This document shows positions 1 through 12,963 of a DNA stretch of 64,000 nt, one piece after another. A program made the position numbers and the translations under genes. A model generated the notes under the pieces. That model saw nothing but the letters and a program-made list of their open reading frames with translations, was not told where the DNA came from and made no database searches. Each line of letters begins with the position of its first letter. Positions within the stretch are counted from its first letter, which is position 1. This DNA is from Octopus vulgaris (taxonomy: Eukaryota), in assembly GCA_951406725.2 (NCBI GenBank), contig OX597822.1, forward strand, positions 14,012,001 to 14,076,000, given 5' to 3'.

Positions 1-76
1 TAATATTACTTATAGCACATTCGATAAACATACATGCATACACCTCCTATCTATATATGTATGTGGATATATCTTA

Positions 77-499
<423 letters not shown>

Positions 500-502
500 T
501 CA

Positions 503-580
503 GCGGTACATATGTTTCGGGCCTTTATTAGACGGTTTTATAACAATGCATAATGTGTGTCTTTGGCCTTCTTCAGCCGC
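503..580 (-). ncRNA. Type I hammerhead ribozyme (intact core)
   Basis: Minus strand: GCGG-CTGAAGA-AGGCC...GGCCC-GAAAC-ATAT-GTA-CCGC. Stem I GCGG/CCGC, stem II GGCC/GGCC, palindromic stem III ACATATGT, GUA cleavage triplet. Confidence 0.75.
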
Positions 581-744
581 ATACAATTACTACTTCAAGG
601 GCATGTATTACATCATAAATTCTACGTTGGGGATGCGAATCCTCTCAGTCGCGTACGACAGAGTGGGGCACCAGCACAAAAACGAAGCGTCCTTCCCGTC
701 TTTCACTCGATATAGAATTAGGAAGTTTGGATGTTGAGATAGAG

Positions 745-2807
745 AGGGAAGGGGTTGGGGGAGTTGAATCTTTAGTGAGTTGGGGATCACAAAGAGGGAG
801 GGTGGTGGGTGCAAAAGGTAGTAAAAGAGTAAAAAATTACAAAAGAGTAAAAATTAAAAAAATATATAAAAAAATATAAGAATATAAAAAAGGTATCTTG
901 CTCATCTCTTATTATAAAAGGCAGATTTTATCTGCCTCCCTTTGGGAGTTATACAAATCTACAATATAGGATTTCTTCAATTACAATTTACCTGGCATTT
1001 TTAAGAGTACAATGCATCGCGTCATGCCAGGTCCAGTTTTTAAAATTTAAACTCCAATTAAGCAAAATTTACAGAAAACTCACATTCTGGTGTGTGTGTC
1101 AAATGCTTTTCTTAGTCTGGTTTACACCACACGCAAACGCACACACACAGTGGGCAACGAATAAAATGAAAGTAAATAGCGACAGAGTGATTTGAGGAAG
1201 ACTAAACTGAAAGTATTTAAACCACTACTCAAAAAATAAAAAAACACAGCAAACAGAAACAAATAAATACATAACCATTTAATCCTCACACAACTTCTTC
1301 AATTAGAATTTACCTAAGATTTTTCAAAGTACTCCATTCGCTCATGCCATAATATATTTCTTTCAATTTCACCCCCAATTAAGACAAAATTCGAGAAAAC
1401 TCAATATTTTAACATATCACTCCGAAAGCATTGATGTACATGTGTGCGTGTGTGAGTGTGTGTGTGTCATTCCTCACACACACGCATACACATACATATA
1501 CAACTACATACAACTACATACACATACAACTACATACAAACACGTGTGTGTTTGTTATTAGTAAAAAAGGCGCAAAAACACAACTCACTTATCATTCCAA
1601 CACATTTGCAAAGACACACGGAGGACAGAAAAGGTAAATTGGTTTTTATTTTACTCTGTATATATTTTATTATATAATATTATATATAGATATATGTATA
1701 TATAATTGCAGTATGAAACAGTGTTTATGTATAAACAGACGACACTTATATATAGTTACCAAGCCGCCCGAATTTACCTATTCATATTTAAATGTGAATA
1801 TCAGAGCAAATCTCTTTAGTACATTCGTGAAAACACGTATTATACTTCGTAAACACTTCAACTACAGTTTTGTACAAAAATCGAAGTGTAATTTTAATTC
1901 CGTGAATTATGGGAGATTTTTTTCCGAAATTTGTTCCTATTGTGTTTTCAAAATTTTTAATTCTGACAAAAAATGGATACGAATTTCATTATATCAAGCA
2001 GCGAGTCAGAATTCGAAGGATTTTCTACTGAAGACCTTCATAAATCTAACTCTATGACTGAAAAAAAAAAGCATCTTTATATAAGAGTGAAGTTGTGTGT
2101 CTGTCTCCTACGATTTAGATTCCTAACTACTCCCACATTTTGCGGTGCAGTTTAACCAAAAGCGGGTATCTGATAGTCGTGATTCATATCGAGCCCTTCT
2201 GGGTATTAGCGTGCGTCTACGATGAGTCTACGATTTAAAAAAATTTACCATCATATTTTTCCATTTTAATGCATTTTTTTCGCTTTTATATAAGGAAAGT
2301 AACTCTCTAAAAATATCTACGACGTGTCAACGATTTAAAAAAAAAATTACCTTAATTTTTTTTCAATTTTTAATGCATTTTTTGGCTATAACTCTCTAAA
2401 AATGCTTATATAGTTATTTCCCTTACAACCCGAGCAACGCCGGGCGATACTGCTAGTCAATATATAAATGTATAAATATATAAATACACACAGACGTGGA
2501 AAAAAACATGGTAATATAAATAAGTAGAGATATCTTTATCTCTACTTATTTATATTACCATGTTTTTTTTCACGTCTGTGTGTATTTATATATTTATACA
2601 TTTATATATTGATTTATATATTTATATACTTAGATACCTTTTTTTTATATTCTTATGTATTTTTTATATTCTTATATCTTTTTTATATCTTTTTTTAATT
2701 TTTACTCTTTTGTAATTTTTTACTCTTTTACTACCTTTTGCACCCACCACCCTCCCTCTTTGTGATCCCCAACTCACTAAAGATTCAACTCCCCCAAACC
2801 CTTCCCT
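745..2807. repeat. Foldback inverted repeat interrupted by Helitron copy 1
   Basis: Outer arms 745-898 and 2632-2807; inner 76-bp arms 2457-2532 and 2537-2612 with a 4-nt loop. Confidence 0.85.
905..2456 (+). mobile_element. Non-autonomous Helitron, 1552 bp (copy 1)
   Basis: 5' TC and 3' CTAG between host A and T with no TSD; subterminal hairpin CCCGAGCAACGCCGGG; near-identical to 2823-4375. Confidence 0.88.
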
Positions 2808-2822
2808 ATATATATATATATA

Positions 2823-4375
2823 TCTCTTATTATAAAAGGCAGATTTTATCTGCCTCCCTTTGGGAGTTATACAAATCTACAATATAGGATTTCTTCAATT
2901 ACAATTTACCTGGCATTTTTAAGAGTACAATGCATCGCGTCATGCCAGGTCCAGTTTTTAAAATTTAAACTCCAATTAAGCAAAATTTACAGAAAACTCA
3001 CATTCTGGTGTGTGTGTCAAATGCTTTTCTTAGTCTGGTTTACACCACACGCAAACGCACACACACAGTGGGCAACGAATAAAATGAAAGTAAATAGCGA
3101 CAGAGTGATTTGAGGAAGACTAAACTGAAAGTGTTTAAACCACTACTCAAAAAATAAAAAAACACAGCAAACAGAAACAAATAAATACATAACCATTTAA
3201 TCCTCACACAACTTCTTCAATTAGAATTTACCTAAGATTTTTCAAAGTACTCCATTCGCTCATGCCATAATATATTTCTTTCAATTTCACCCCCAATTAA
3301 GACAAAATTCGAGAAAACTCAATATTTTAACATATCACTCCGAAAGCATTGATGTACATGTGTGCGTGCGTGAGTGTGTGTGTGTCATTCCTCACACACA
3401 CGCATACACATACATATACAATTACATACAACTACATACACATACAACTACATACAAACACGTGTGTGTTTGTTATTAGTAAAAAAGGCGCAAAAACACA
3501 ACTCACTTATCATTCCAACACATTTGCAAAGACACACGGAGGACAGAAAAGGTAAATTGGTTTTTATTTTACTCTGTATATATTTTATTATATAATATTA
3601 TATATAGATATATGTATATATAATTGCAGTATGAAACAGTGTTTATGTATAAACAGACGACACTTATATATAGTTACCAAGCCGCCCGAATTTACCTATT
3701 CATATTTAAATGAGAATATCAGAGCAAATCTCTTTAGTACATTCGTGAAAACACGTATTATACTTCGTAAACACTTCAACTACAGTTTTGTACAAAAATC
3801 GAAGTGTAATTTTAATTCCGTGAATTATGGGAGATTTTTTTTCCGAAATTTGTTCCTATTGTGTTTTCAAAATTTTTAATTCTGACAAAAAATGGATACG
3901 AATTTCATTATATCAAGCAGCGAGTCAGAATTCGAAGGATTTTCTACTGAAGACCTTCATAAATCTAACTCTATGACTGAAAAAAAAAAGCATCTTTATA
4001 TAAGAGTGAAGTTGTGTGTCTGTCTCCTACGATTTAGATTCCTAACTACTCCCACATTTTGCAATGCAGTTTAACCAAAAGCGGGTATCTTATAGTCGTG
4101 ATTCATATCGAGCCCTTCTGGGTATTAGCGTGCGTCTACGATGAGTCTACGATTTAAAAAAATTTACCATCATATTTTTCCATTTTAATGCATTTTTTTC
4201 GCTTTTATATAAGGGAAGTAACTCTCTAAAAATATCTACGATGTGTCAACGATTTAAAAAAAAAATTACCTTAATTTTTTTTCAATTTTTAATGCATTTT
4301 TTGGCTATATCTCTCTAAAAATGCTTATATAGTTATTTCCCTTACAACCCGAGCAACGCCGGGCGATACTGCTAG
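2823..4375 (+). mobile_element. Non-autonomous Helitron, 1553 bp (copy 2)
   Basis: Same termini and hairpin, inserted in (TA)n; only scattered differences from copy 1. Confidence 0.88.
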
Positions 4376-4387
4376 TATATATATATA

Positions 4388-4701
4388 TCTCTTATTATAA
4401 AAGGCAGATTTTATCTGCCTCCCTTTGGGAGTTATACAAATCTACAATATAGGATTTCTTCAATTACAATTTACCTGGCATTTTTAAGAGTACAATGCAT
4501 CGCGTCATGCCAGGTCCAGTTTTTAAAATTTAAACTCCAATTAAGCAAAATTTACAGAAAACTCACATTCTGGTGTGTGTGTCAAATGCTTTTCTTAGTC
4601 TGGTTTACACCACACGCAAACGCACACACACAGTGGGCAACGAATAAAATGAAAGTAAATAGCGGACAGAGTGATTTGAGGAAGACTAAAGTGAAAGTAT
4701 T
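4388..4701 (+). mobile_element. Helitron copy 3, 5' portion only
   Basis: Matches the first ~310 bp of copies 1 and 2, then breaks off. Confidence 0.8.
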
Positions 4702-4839
4702 CTGTCTATGACGATGATAGATACATGAGTAAAATGTATGGGAAGCTAAGAGCTAAGAGTAAGTGAAAATGTTCTTGGAAGAGAGTAATTAGTAATAAAG
4801 TAAACATACATTCATACATACATACATACATACATACAT

Positions 4840-4872
<33 letters not shown>

Positions 4873-4939
4873 TACACACACACATACATACACACACACA
4901 TACATACATACATACATATACATACATACATACATACAT

Positions 4940-4985
<46 letters not shown>

Positions 4986-5149
4986 GAAGCTTGAGAACAA
5001 TCAGATACATTTGCAACACATCTGTTGAAAATATTATTGTTCACACACATACATATACATACATACATACAGACAGACAGACAGATAGACACACACACAC
5101 ACACACACACATGATCCAGCATGGCCACAACCTCAAGGCTGAAACATAT

Positions 5150-5530
5150 AAAAGAATAACAGAATATAAATGTGTGCAAAGTACAAGAAATATTAATGCA
5201 GTATATGGGGATTGGACAATAAGCGTAAGGCAGTGTCAATGGTGGTTCCAGAAATCCCGAGCCATAAACTACAGCCTAGAAGACGAGCCTCATCCTGAAA
5301 GATCTGTAGAACTCGACAAGGACACCCTGAAAACCCTGGTGGAACAAAATATCATCGTAACTGTTGAGGAACTAGCAGAGAAGCTTGGATTTGGTCATTC
5401 AACCATTCATTGACACCTGTGTGCTATCGGAAAAGTCAGCAAATTGGGTCAATGGGTTCCTCACGAACTTTCCGAGTCTAATTGCATGCAGAGAGTGAAT
5501 GTATGCTTTTCTTTGCTGTCATATCTCACC
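5150..5530 (+). pseudogene. Mariner transposase fragment (HTH region to WVPHEL)
   Basis: INAVYGD..SVRQCQWWF...LEDEPH..R...TVEELAEKLG...TIH*HL..IGKVSKLGQWVPHEL; WVPHEL is a mariner hallmark; in-frame stop. Confidence 0.88.
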
Positions 5531-5548
5531 ACTACTGCGCTATGTATA

Positions 5549-6186
5549 TCTATATATATAAAACTGTAGTTGTGTGAGTGTCTGTCCCCTTCGATTTAGA
5601 TTCCTAACTACTCCCACATTTTGCGGTACAGTTTAACCAAATTCGGGTAGCTTATAGTCGTGATTCATATCGAGCCCGTCTGAATATTAGCGCGCGTCTA
5701 CGATGAGTCTACGATTTTAAAAATAATTTAACATCATTTTTTATTCCATTTTAATGCATAATTTTTCGTGTGTCGATGGCGGCGGAGTTGGCGTCCACGC
5801 TCACATCTGCACCTGTGGGGAAGGGAGTGTAAGGAAATCAACGTCGTAATGCGTTGTCAAGGAGACCAGTGTTCTTTTAGAACAACGACTTCATGGCTTC
5901 AAGACACCAAAACAGAAATGGCTAAGAAAGCGTCTACATGAGTCTACGATTTAAAAAAAAATTTACCATCGTTTTTTTTCCATTTTAATGCATTTTTTCG
6001 CTATTATATAAGGGAAGTAACTCTCTAAAAATGTCTACGATGAGTCAACGATTTTAAAAAAAAATTTACCATCATATTTTTTCCATTTTTAATGCATTTT
6101 TTGCTATTTTTTGGCTATAACTCTCTAAAAATGCTTATATAGTTATTTCCCTTACAAACCCGAGCAACGCCGGGCGATACTGCTAG
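5549..6186 (+). mobile_element. Non-autonomous Helitron, 638 bp (related subfamily)
   Basis: 5' TCTATATATATAAAA; same 3' hairpin plus CTAG|T. Confidence 0.85.
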
Positions 6187-6281
6187 TATATATATATATA
6201 TATGTATGTATGTATATATATATGTATGTATGTATGTATGTATATATATATACATTATATGTGTATATATATATATATGTG

Positions 6282-6328
<47 letters not shown>

Positions 6329-6420
6329 ATTTCTATACATATTTGCATATTTATTGATAAGTGTGCGTGTGTGTGTATATATATATATAATATATATAGC
6401 CACCACGAGAGTGGCTTATA

Positions 6421-6782
6421 GGCGCAGGAGTGGCTGTGTGCTAAGTAGCTCGCTTCCAACCACATGGTTCCGGGTTCAGTCCCACTGCGTGGCACCTTGG
6501 ACGAACGTCTTCTACTATAGCTTCGGGCCGATCAAAGTCTTGTAAGTGGATTTGGTAGACGGAAACTGAAAGAAGACCGTTGTATGTGTGTGTGTTTGTG
6601 CCCCCACCATCGCTTGACAACTGATGTCTGTGTGCTTACGTCCCCGTAAGCAAGCGGTTCGGCAAAAGCGACCGATTGAATAAGTACTAGGCTTCCAAAG
6701 AATAAGTCGTGGGGTCGATTTGTTCGACTAAAGGCGATGCTCCAGCATGGCCGCGGTGAAATGACTGAAACAAATAAAAGAA
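6421..6782 (+). mobile_element. tRNA-derived SINE, family A (octopus-type, internal (TG)n, tail gcatggccgcagtcaaatgactgaaaca)
   Basis: tRNA-like head with B-box-like ggttcagtccc; many dispersed copies in the window. Confidence 0.8.
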
Positions 6783-8018
6783 TGAAAAATATACATATAT
6801 ATATATATATATACATACACACACACAAACACATAAGTACGTACGTATGTATGTATGTATGTATGTATGTATGTATGTATAACAATTAAATTAGCGAGTT
6901 AGAAAATCTGTATAAGAGATGAAAGCATTAACTGTTCCGTAGGACCCGACTTTACTGCTGTTTTAATCCCTGGGAAACGCCTCCACCAGTTGGCTATTCG
7001 ATGCAATCTGCACCCAATACATATTGTAAGCAGTGGGGTGAACCCCTACCAATTTCCAGCCACGAAACCACCCGACTGTACGGTTTCGACCTCTCTGTGA
7101 TCATCCATGGTGGTAGATATTCGTCCGCTAGTGATAGCGGTAGTTCAATCCAGCTCGCATTATACAGAAAACAAGCGACACACAGCCACTGATCTGGCAG
7201 CAAACAAATTAGCGAGTTAGACGACCTCCATAAGGGATGAAAACAGTAACTATTTTGAGAAGTGATGTTGTCGTGTCCTGCTGAGATTAAAAATAGCACT
7301 TAATGTCCGTTCCTACGAAATATCCACGTTTAAGAGGCTTACTATATATCACTAATTGTTGCACGGTTTCTTTTGTAGAAATAGAAAATGTAACAGCAAC
7401 AAAGAAGATAGCTCCAACTACGCCTCTAAACAAGAAATTTCAATATAATATCGATACTATTCAATACGTGAAGACATCATGCAATTACAGTGTAACACAG
7501 GAGAAAATAATTGACATTTCAAACAGCGTTAATAGCAAGACCAATAACGGCAGCTTTGCGCGTGTGTATGTTATATCTATAATATAAATTGGACATGGGC
7601 GATCGTTGTATTCTTTCTTGACTTGAGGTTCACAGCCAAACGGCTGGGTGGATTCGCGTGAAGAATGGCACACATGTGCAGACGGGTGTATAGATTGGAA
7701 TGCGGCTTGTATTTTTTCTAGCATCCATACTTACCGAGAAAACCGATTAAAACTTTTTCTAATGGAATTCCCCTCTCTCTTCCGCCATTAAAACAACCAG
7801 TTGCTTAGAAGCTGTTTTCTGATGGGATGGGGTCAGGAAATTTTCATACAGCTGGAGGCTCCAATCGAAACAGGGGACCCGAAATGATAAGGTTGAGAAA
7901 CGCTGTTATAGATTATGCCTGACCGGAAAACGACCACAGCCACATCATCCAAACAGACCGGGTGAAACCGGGCTTAGCTGCTACTATGTGTATATAATAT
8001 GTGTATATAAGTTCCTGG

Positions 8019-8104
8019 ATTTTCCTGAAGAGAAAGCTGCATAATGGACTCTTTATTCAATCGGAATTAGGGACTTTGCAGACTTCGAAACATATGTCGA
8101 AAAT
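8019..8104 (+). ncRNA. Type I hammerhead ribozyme (intact core)
   Basis: ATTTTC-CTGAAGA-GAAAGCTGCA...TGCAGACTTC-GAAAC-ATAT-GTC-GAAAAT. Stem I ATTTTC/GAAAAT, extended stem II, palindromic stem III, GUC triplet ending at 8098. Confidence 0.78.
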
Positions 8105-8203
8105 AAAATAAAGGAATATTGTTAAATCTTCGTTCAGCTCCATTCTTTCCTAGTTAGACATGGCCTGGGCCAATAATGGCCGAAACCTATCAAAGTATCA
8201 AAG

Positions 8204-8238
<35 letters not shown>

Positions 8239-8599
8239 ATGTATGTATAAAGGCGCATGGCCTAGTGGCTAGGCAGTAGCACTTGCGATCGCTTGATCGA
8301 GCGGCGCGATTTGTTCGACAAAAAGCTGCGCTCCAGTATGGCCGCAGTCAAATGACTGAAACAAAAATATAAAAGCAAATGTATATTGATAGTTACACGC
8401 ACGCACACACACACATTAATGTTTGTGTATGTGTCTCGAGCCTCCCTCTTGAATGATGCTTGATTTCTGTTCATTTTGCTTTCGCTTTGTTTTAAAACAA
8501 ATTGTTGCTTTAATCAAATAAATAGCTGCTGAGTTTTAAATGTCCATTCATAAACCAATGTTTATAGCCAGGGTTTCGTTGACAGCTTAAATTCAATAG

Positions 8600-8760
8600 A
8601 AGGCGGAGGCGGGAATTGTGACGGTGGTGGCGAGGAGGAGGATGAGTTCAGACAGAGTGGAAGTCTTCAAACCAACTAAACAACCAATCAATCAAACCAA
8701 CCAATCAGACACTTCGTTTAACTCCAACGTCGACGCCATTTTGTTTTTAACTTTGCGTGT
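8600..8760 (+). promoter_or_regulatory. Candidate core promoter of the FGFR-like gene
   Basis: GC-box-like ggcggaggcggg (~8602), two CCAAT boxes (aaccaatca at ~8682 and ~8699) and a YY1-type CGCCATTTT (~8734) in unique sequence. Confidence 0.5.
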
Positions 8761-9024
8761 TAAAAGTTCACAGTTGAAATTAGTAAATTAGTGTTTCGTT
8801 GGAGGCTTATGTTTTTTTTTGTGTGTGTGAATGTGTGTGGCGAAAACTTTTGTTGATGTTATTCATTGTTGTTTTTGTTTTTATTATTGTTGTCATTGTT
8901 TATCCTCGTCGTTTGTTTGTTTGTTCTGTTTTATTTATAAATTTGTTTGTTTGGGGGAAAAGTGTTTCCCTTTGTTTTTTCAAACAGAGAAATAAATCGC
9001 ACACAAACAAATACCCAGTGTTAG
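8720..9024 (+). other. Putative non-coding first exon (5' UTR)
   Basis: Follows the promoter-like cluster and ends at donor TTAG|gtaatg; the ATG exon has its own acceptor at 15461, so an upstream exon is required. The start is approximate. Confidence 0.4.
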
Positions 9025-9177
9025 GTAATGTGTTATTATTATTAATATTATTATTATCATCATCAGCGGTAGCAGTATCATCATCACCATCAACATTATT
9101 ATTATATTTACTATTATTACCACTATCATTATTATTTTATGATTAAAAGTGTCACTATTATCAAACATCATCGTTGC

Positions 9178-9221
<44 letters not shown>

Positions 9222-9415
9222 ATCATCATCATCATCATCATCGTCATCATCGTCATCATTATCACCATCATCATTTGACCGGGTGTCGTTTGTTTGTTTT
9301 TTTTTTTCTTGTTTTACTTTTCTAAGGTTTTATTTTATTATTATTTTTTATAATTTTACATTTATATATTTTATTCTTCGCTTATTCAAACGTCTATGAT
9401 TTACCATCGCTACCG

Positions 9416-9487
<72 letters not shown>

Positions 9488-10195
9488 CCACCACCACCAC
9501 CGTCATTTAGAGATTGACTGTATCTTATTTTTCATTTCGTTTCTGTGTACTTTGCTTTTCGTTTGCAGAGTTTTTTCTTTATTTGTTTTCATTAGTTTTA
9601 TCAATTTGTCTTCATTTTTTTTTGTATCTCATTTGATTTTTTTTTCTTTTAATCTCACCTTGTTTTATTGTCGGTATTATTATCATTACAGTTGTTGTTG
9701 TTGTTGTTGTGCGTTTATATATTACCATTTCGCATAACGCTTTCATTAGTTTTGCGACTGCTGTTATTCATCTGATTCCGGTGGTTTTATACTTTATGAA
9801 TACAATATAATATAGTGTTGTATAAAAGTTGGCTGCTTGCTTCTTGTTGTTGCTAATCTTTTAGTGTTGTTCTTGTTACTGTTGTCGTCTTGTTGTTGTT
9901 GGTAGTGATTTTAGTTGCAATGGTAGTAGTAGTGGTCGTGGTGGTGATGGATGTATTGGCGGTTTTTGTTTTTTTTTTTCTTTTTTACTTTGTGTATTAG
10001 TAAATATTTTCCCTTTCAATCTGATATATTTACTATCTTTTCGTGTCTCCTTTGTCGTTATTCTCCTCCACATCTCTACTTCTCTCTCCTCTCTCTCTCT
10101 GTATGTATGTATGCGCATACGCGTACACATGTATGTTAATATACACATATAAATCATATATAACTACATATATACGTTTATATATAAATACATAC

Positions 10196-10248
<53 letters not shown>

Positions 10249-10312
10249 GTATGTGTGTGTGTATTGATTGATAGAGATAGCTATAGAAAGACAGAGAGAC
10301 AGACAGACAGAC

Positions 10313-10369
<57 letters not shown>

Positions 10370-10370
10370 C

Positions 10371-10456
<86 letters not shown>

Positions 10457-11489
10457 TGATATGCATATGAGTGTGAGAGAGAGAAACAGTAAATATTGTG
10501 TGCGTTTGTAACTTTCTTTTAGTTCACCATTTTTATACATCTGTACATGCCTGAGTGTGTATGTATGTGTATGCATTTTTGTGTGTGCGTGCGAATGTAG
10601 ATGCTCATTTGTTATCGTGTGTATGTGTGTATGTGAAAGCGTGTCTGTCTGTTCGTCCGTGCCCCTGCGCTTATGTGTCTACGGCTTTATGGTAACCATT
10701 GCTCTATAAGTATTTGTTTGGATTCCACAGACCCCTCTCCGATCACAATTACTGCCACCACTTCACCCCTACATCCTCTCCGACACCATCGTGACATCCA
10801 GTTCATCGCCACCACCACCACAACATCTCCACTAACCATGACCATCACGACATAATGAAGGAGTTGCGGTTCGTTTTGCTAGAAACATCAGCCAAATCTC
10901 TCTGAAATCACATTCATTGAAAGACACATTGGATAAATAAGTAGTGCATACTAGAAACCTCGCTTTCCTCCAAGCATGACGAGATGGTCACGTTTGGAGT
11001 TTCTTTGATCTTAGATTTGCTCGATCAGCGCTGATGTGAAGCTGACGTGTAAAGACCACCTTCACCTCTACCACCACCACCACCACCATATCGTCCACTT
11101 CCCCACTGCTGCTACAGCTTTTTTCGTCATTAGATCCGCACCACAGCATCCTGCACCCTCGTTCTCCCATCGCTATCACACCTGCACCACTACTACCATT
11201 TATCTCCTTTTCCTCGTCCTCTTCTTCCATCATCATCCCCACCACCGCTGCAGCCATCACCACCACCTTCGTTATCGTTGCCTCAAAACCTACAACATTA
11301 TCTCCCTAACAGATGAAAACTAAATTAACCATTACTGCATTGTTACAGTTTCTGCTTTCGTTTCGGAATAGCTTTGATGTCTTAATACACATATGTATAC
11401 ACACACATATGCATTTATACACATGCTCACATATTATCTACGTAATACACGTACGTACATGTACACTAATATGTGAAGACATGTACACA

Positions 11490-11578
<89 letters not shown>

Positions 11579-11579
<1 letters not shown>

Positions 11580-11973
11580 TAGCAGTATCGCCCGGCGTTG
11601 CTCGGGTTTGTAAGGGAAATAACTATATAAGCATTTTTAGAGAGTTATAGCCAAAAAATAGCGAAAAAATGCATTAAAAATGGAAAAAAATGATAGTAAT
11701 TTTTTTTTTAAATCGTTGACTCATCGTAGACATTTTTAGAGAGTTACTTCCCTTATATAATAGCGAAAAAATGCATTAAAATGGAAAAAAATGATGGTAA
11801 ATTTTTTTTTAAATCGTAGACTCATCGTAGACGCGCGCTAATACCCAGAAGGGCTCGATATGAATCACAACTATAAGATACCCGGTTTTGGTTAAACTGC
11901 ACCGCAAAATGTAGGAGTAGTTAGGAATCTAAATCATAGGAGACAGACACACAACTTGACTTTTATATATATA
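11579..11973 (-). mobile_element. Short non-autonomous Helitron (~395 bp)
   Basis: Reverse complement of the same CTAG/hairpin end; equivalent to 2074-2456. Confidence 0.85.
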
Positions 11974-12484
11974 CTAGCAGTATCGCCCGGCGTTGCTCGG
12001 TTTGTAAGGGAAATAACTATATAAGCATTTTTAGAGAGTTACTTCCCTTATAGATGCCAATTCGGGCTTTCTTAGCCATTTCTGTTTTGGTGTCTTCAAG
12101 CCATGAAGTCATTGTTCTAAAAGAACGCTGGTTTCCTTCACAACGCATTACGACGTTGATTTCTTTGCACTCCCTTCCCCACAGCTTCACGAGGGAGGGA
12201 AGGGGGAGAAGCAAACAGGTGCAGCTGTGAGCGTGGACGCCAACTCCGCCGCCATCGACACACGATGCATTTTATGCATTAAAATGGAATAAAAAATTAT
12301 GTTAAATTATTTTTAAAATCGTAGACTCATCGTTGACGCGCGCTAATAGTCAGACGGGCTCGATATGAATCACGACTATAAGATACCCGAATTTGGTTAA
12401 ACTGCACCGCAAAATGTGGGAGGAGTTAGGAATCTAAATCGAAGGGGACAGACACTCACACAACTAGAGTTTTATATATATAGA
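11974..12484 (-). mobile_element. Non-autonomous Helitron (~510 bp), head-to-tail with the previous copy
   Basis: CTAG end at 11974 and TC start (GA at 12483-12484); homologous to 5549-6186. Confidence 0.85.
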
Positions 12485-12847
12485 TATGCAAAGACATACT
12501 CATACACACATGTACAGGTAAGTGCACAAACCTCTACACACACAAACATACATACACACGAACACATGTACTCATAATGCTTGTCTGTATGTTTGTTTTT
12601 CTATGTCTCCCCAACTTTCAGCACACTCTTCTTCTCATTAACTCTTTTTCTTTTTTATTTTCCCCCCTCTCTCCCTTGCATATGCTCTCTCCCTCTGTCT
12701 CCCTTGCATGTCCCCTCTCACTTTCTTGTAGCATACCACTACCTATTTCTCTATATATCTATTTATATATATATATATATATGTGTGTGTATATATTCAT
12801 CTATCTATCTGTCCGTCTGTCTGTCTCTATATATCTATATCTATATC

Positions 12848-12963
<116 letters not shown>

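Noticed and set aside
6421-6495. tRNA-like sequences at SINE heads (also 28102, 30325)
   Set aside because: They have A/B-box similarity only, no complete cloverleaf, and continue into SINE bodies.
7800-7985. hAT-like end (aaggttgagaaacgctg) and Helitron-like 3' hairpin (ccgggtgaaaccggg..ctact)
   Set aside because: Only single ends are visible, with no partner terminus or TSD, so no element could be delimited.
8693-8745. Minus-strand AAAATGGCG as the start codon of an opposite-strand gene
   Set aside because: The frame closes after 15 codons (MASTLELNEVSDWLV*) with no clear donor; it is better explained as a YY1-type motif.
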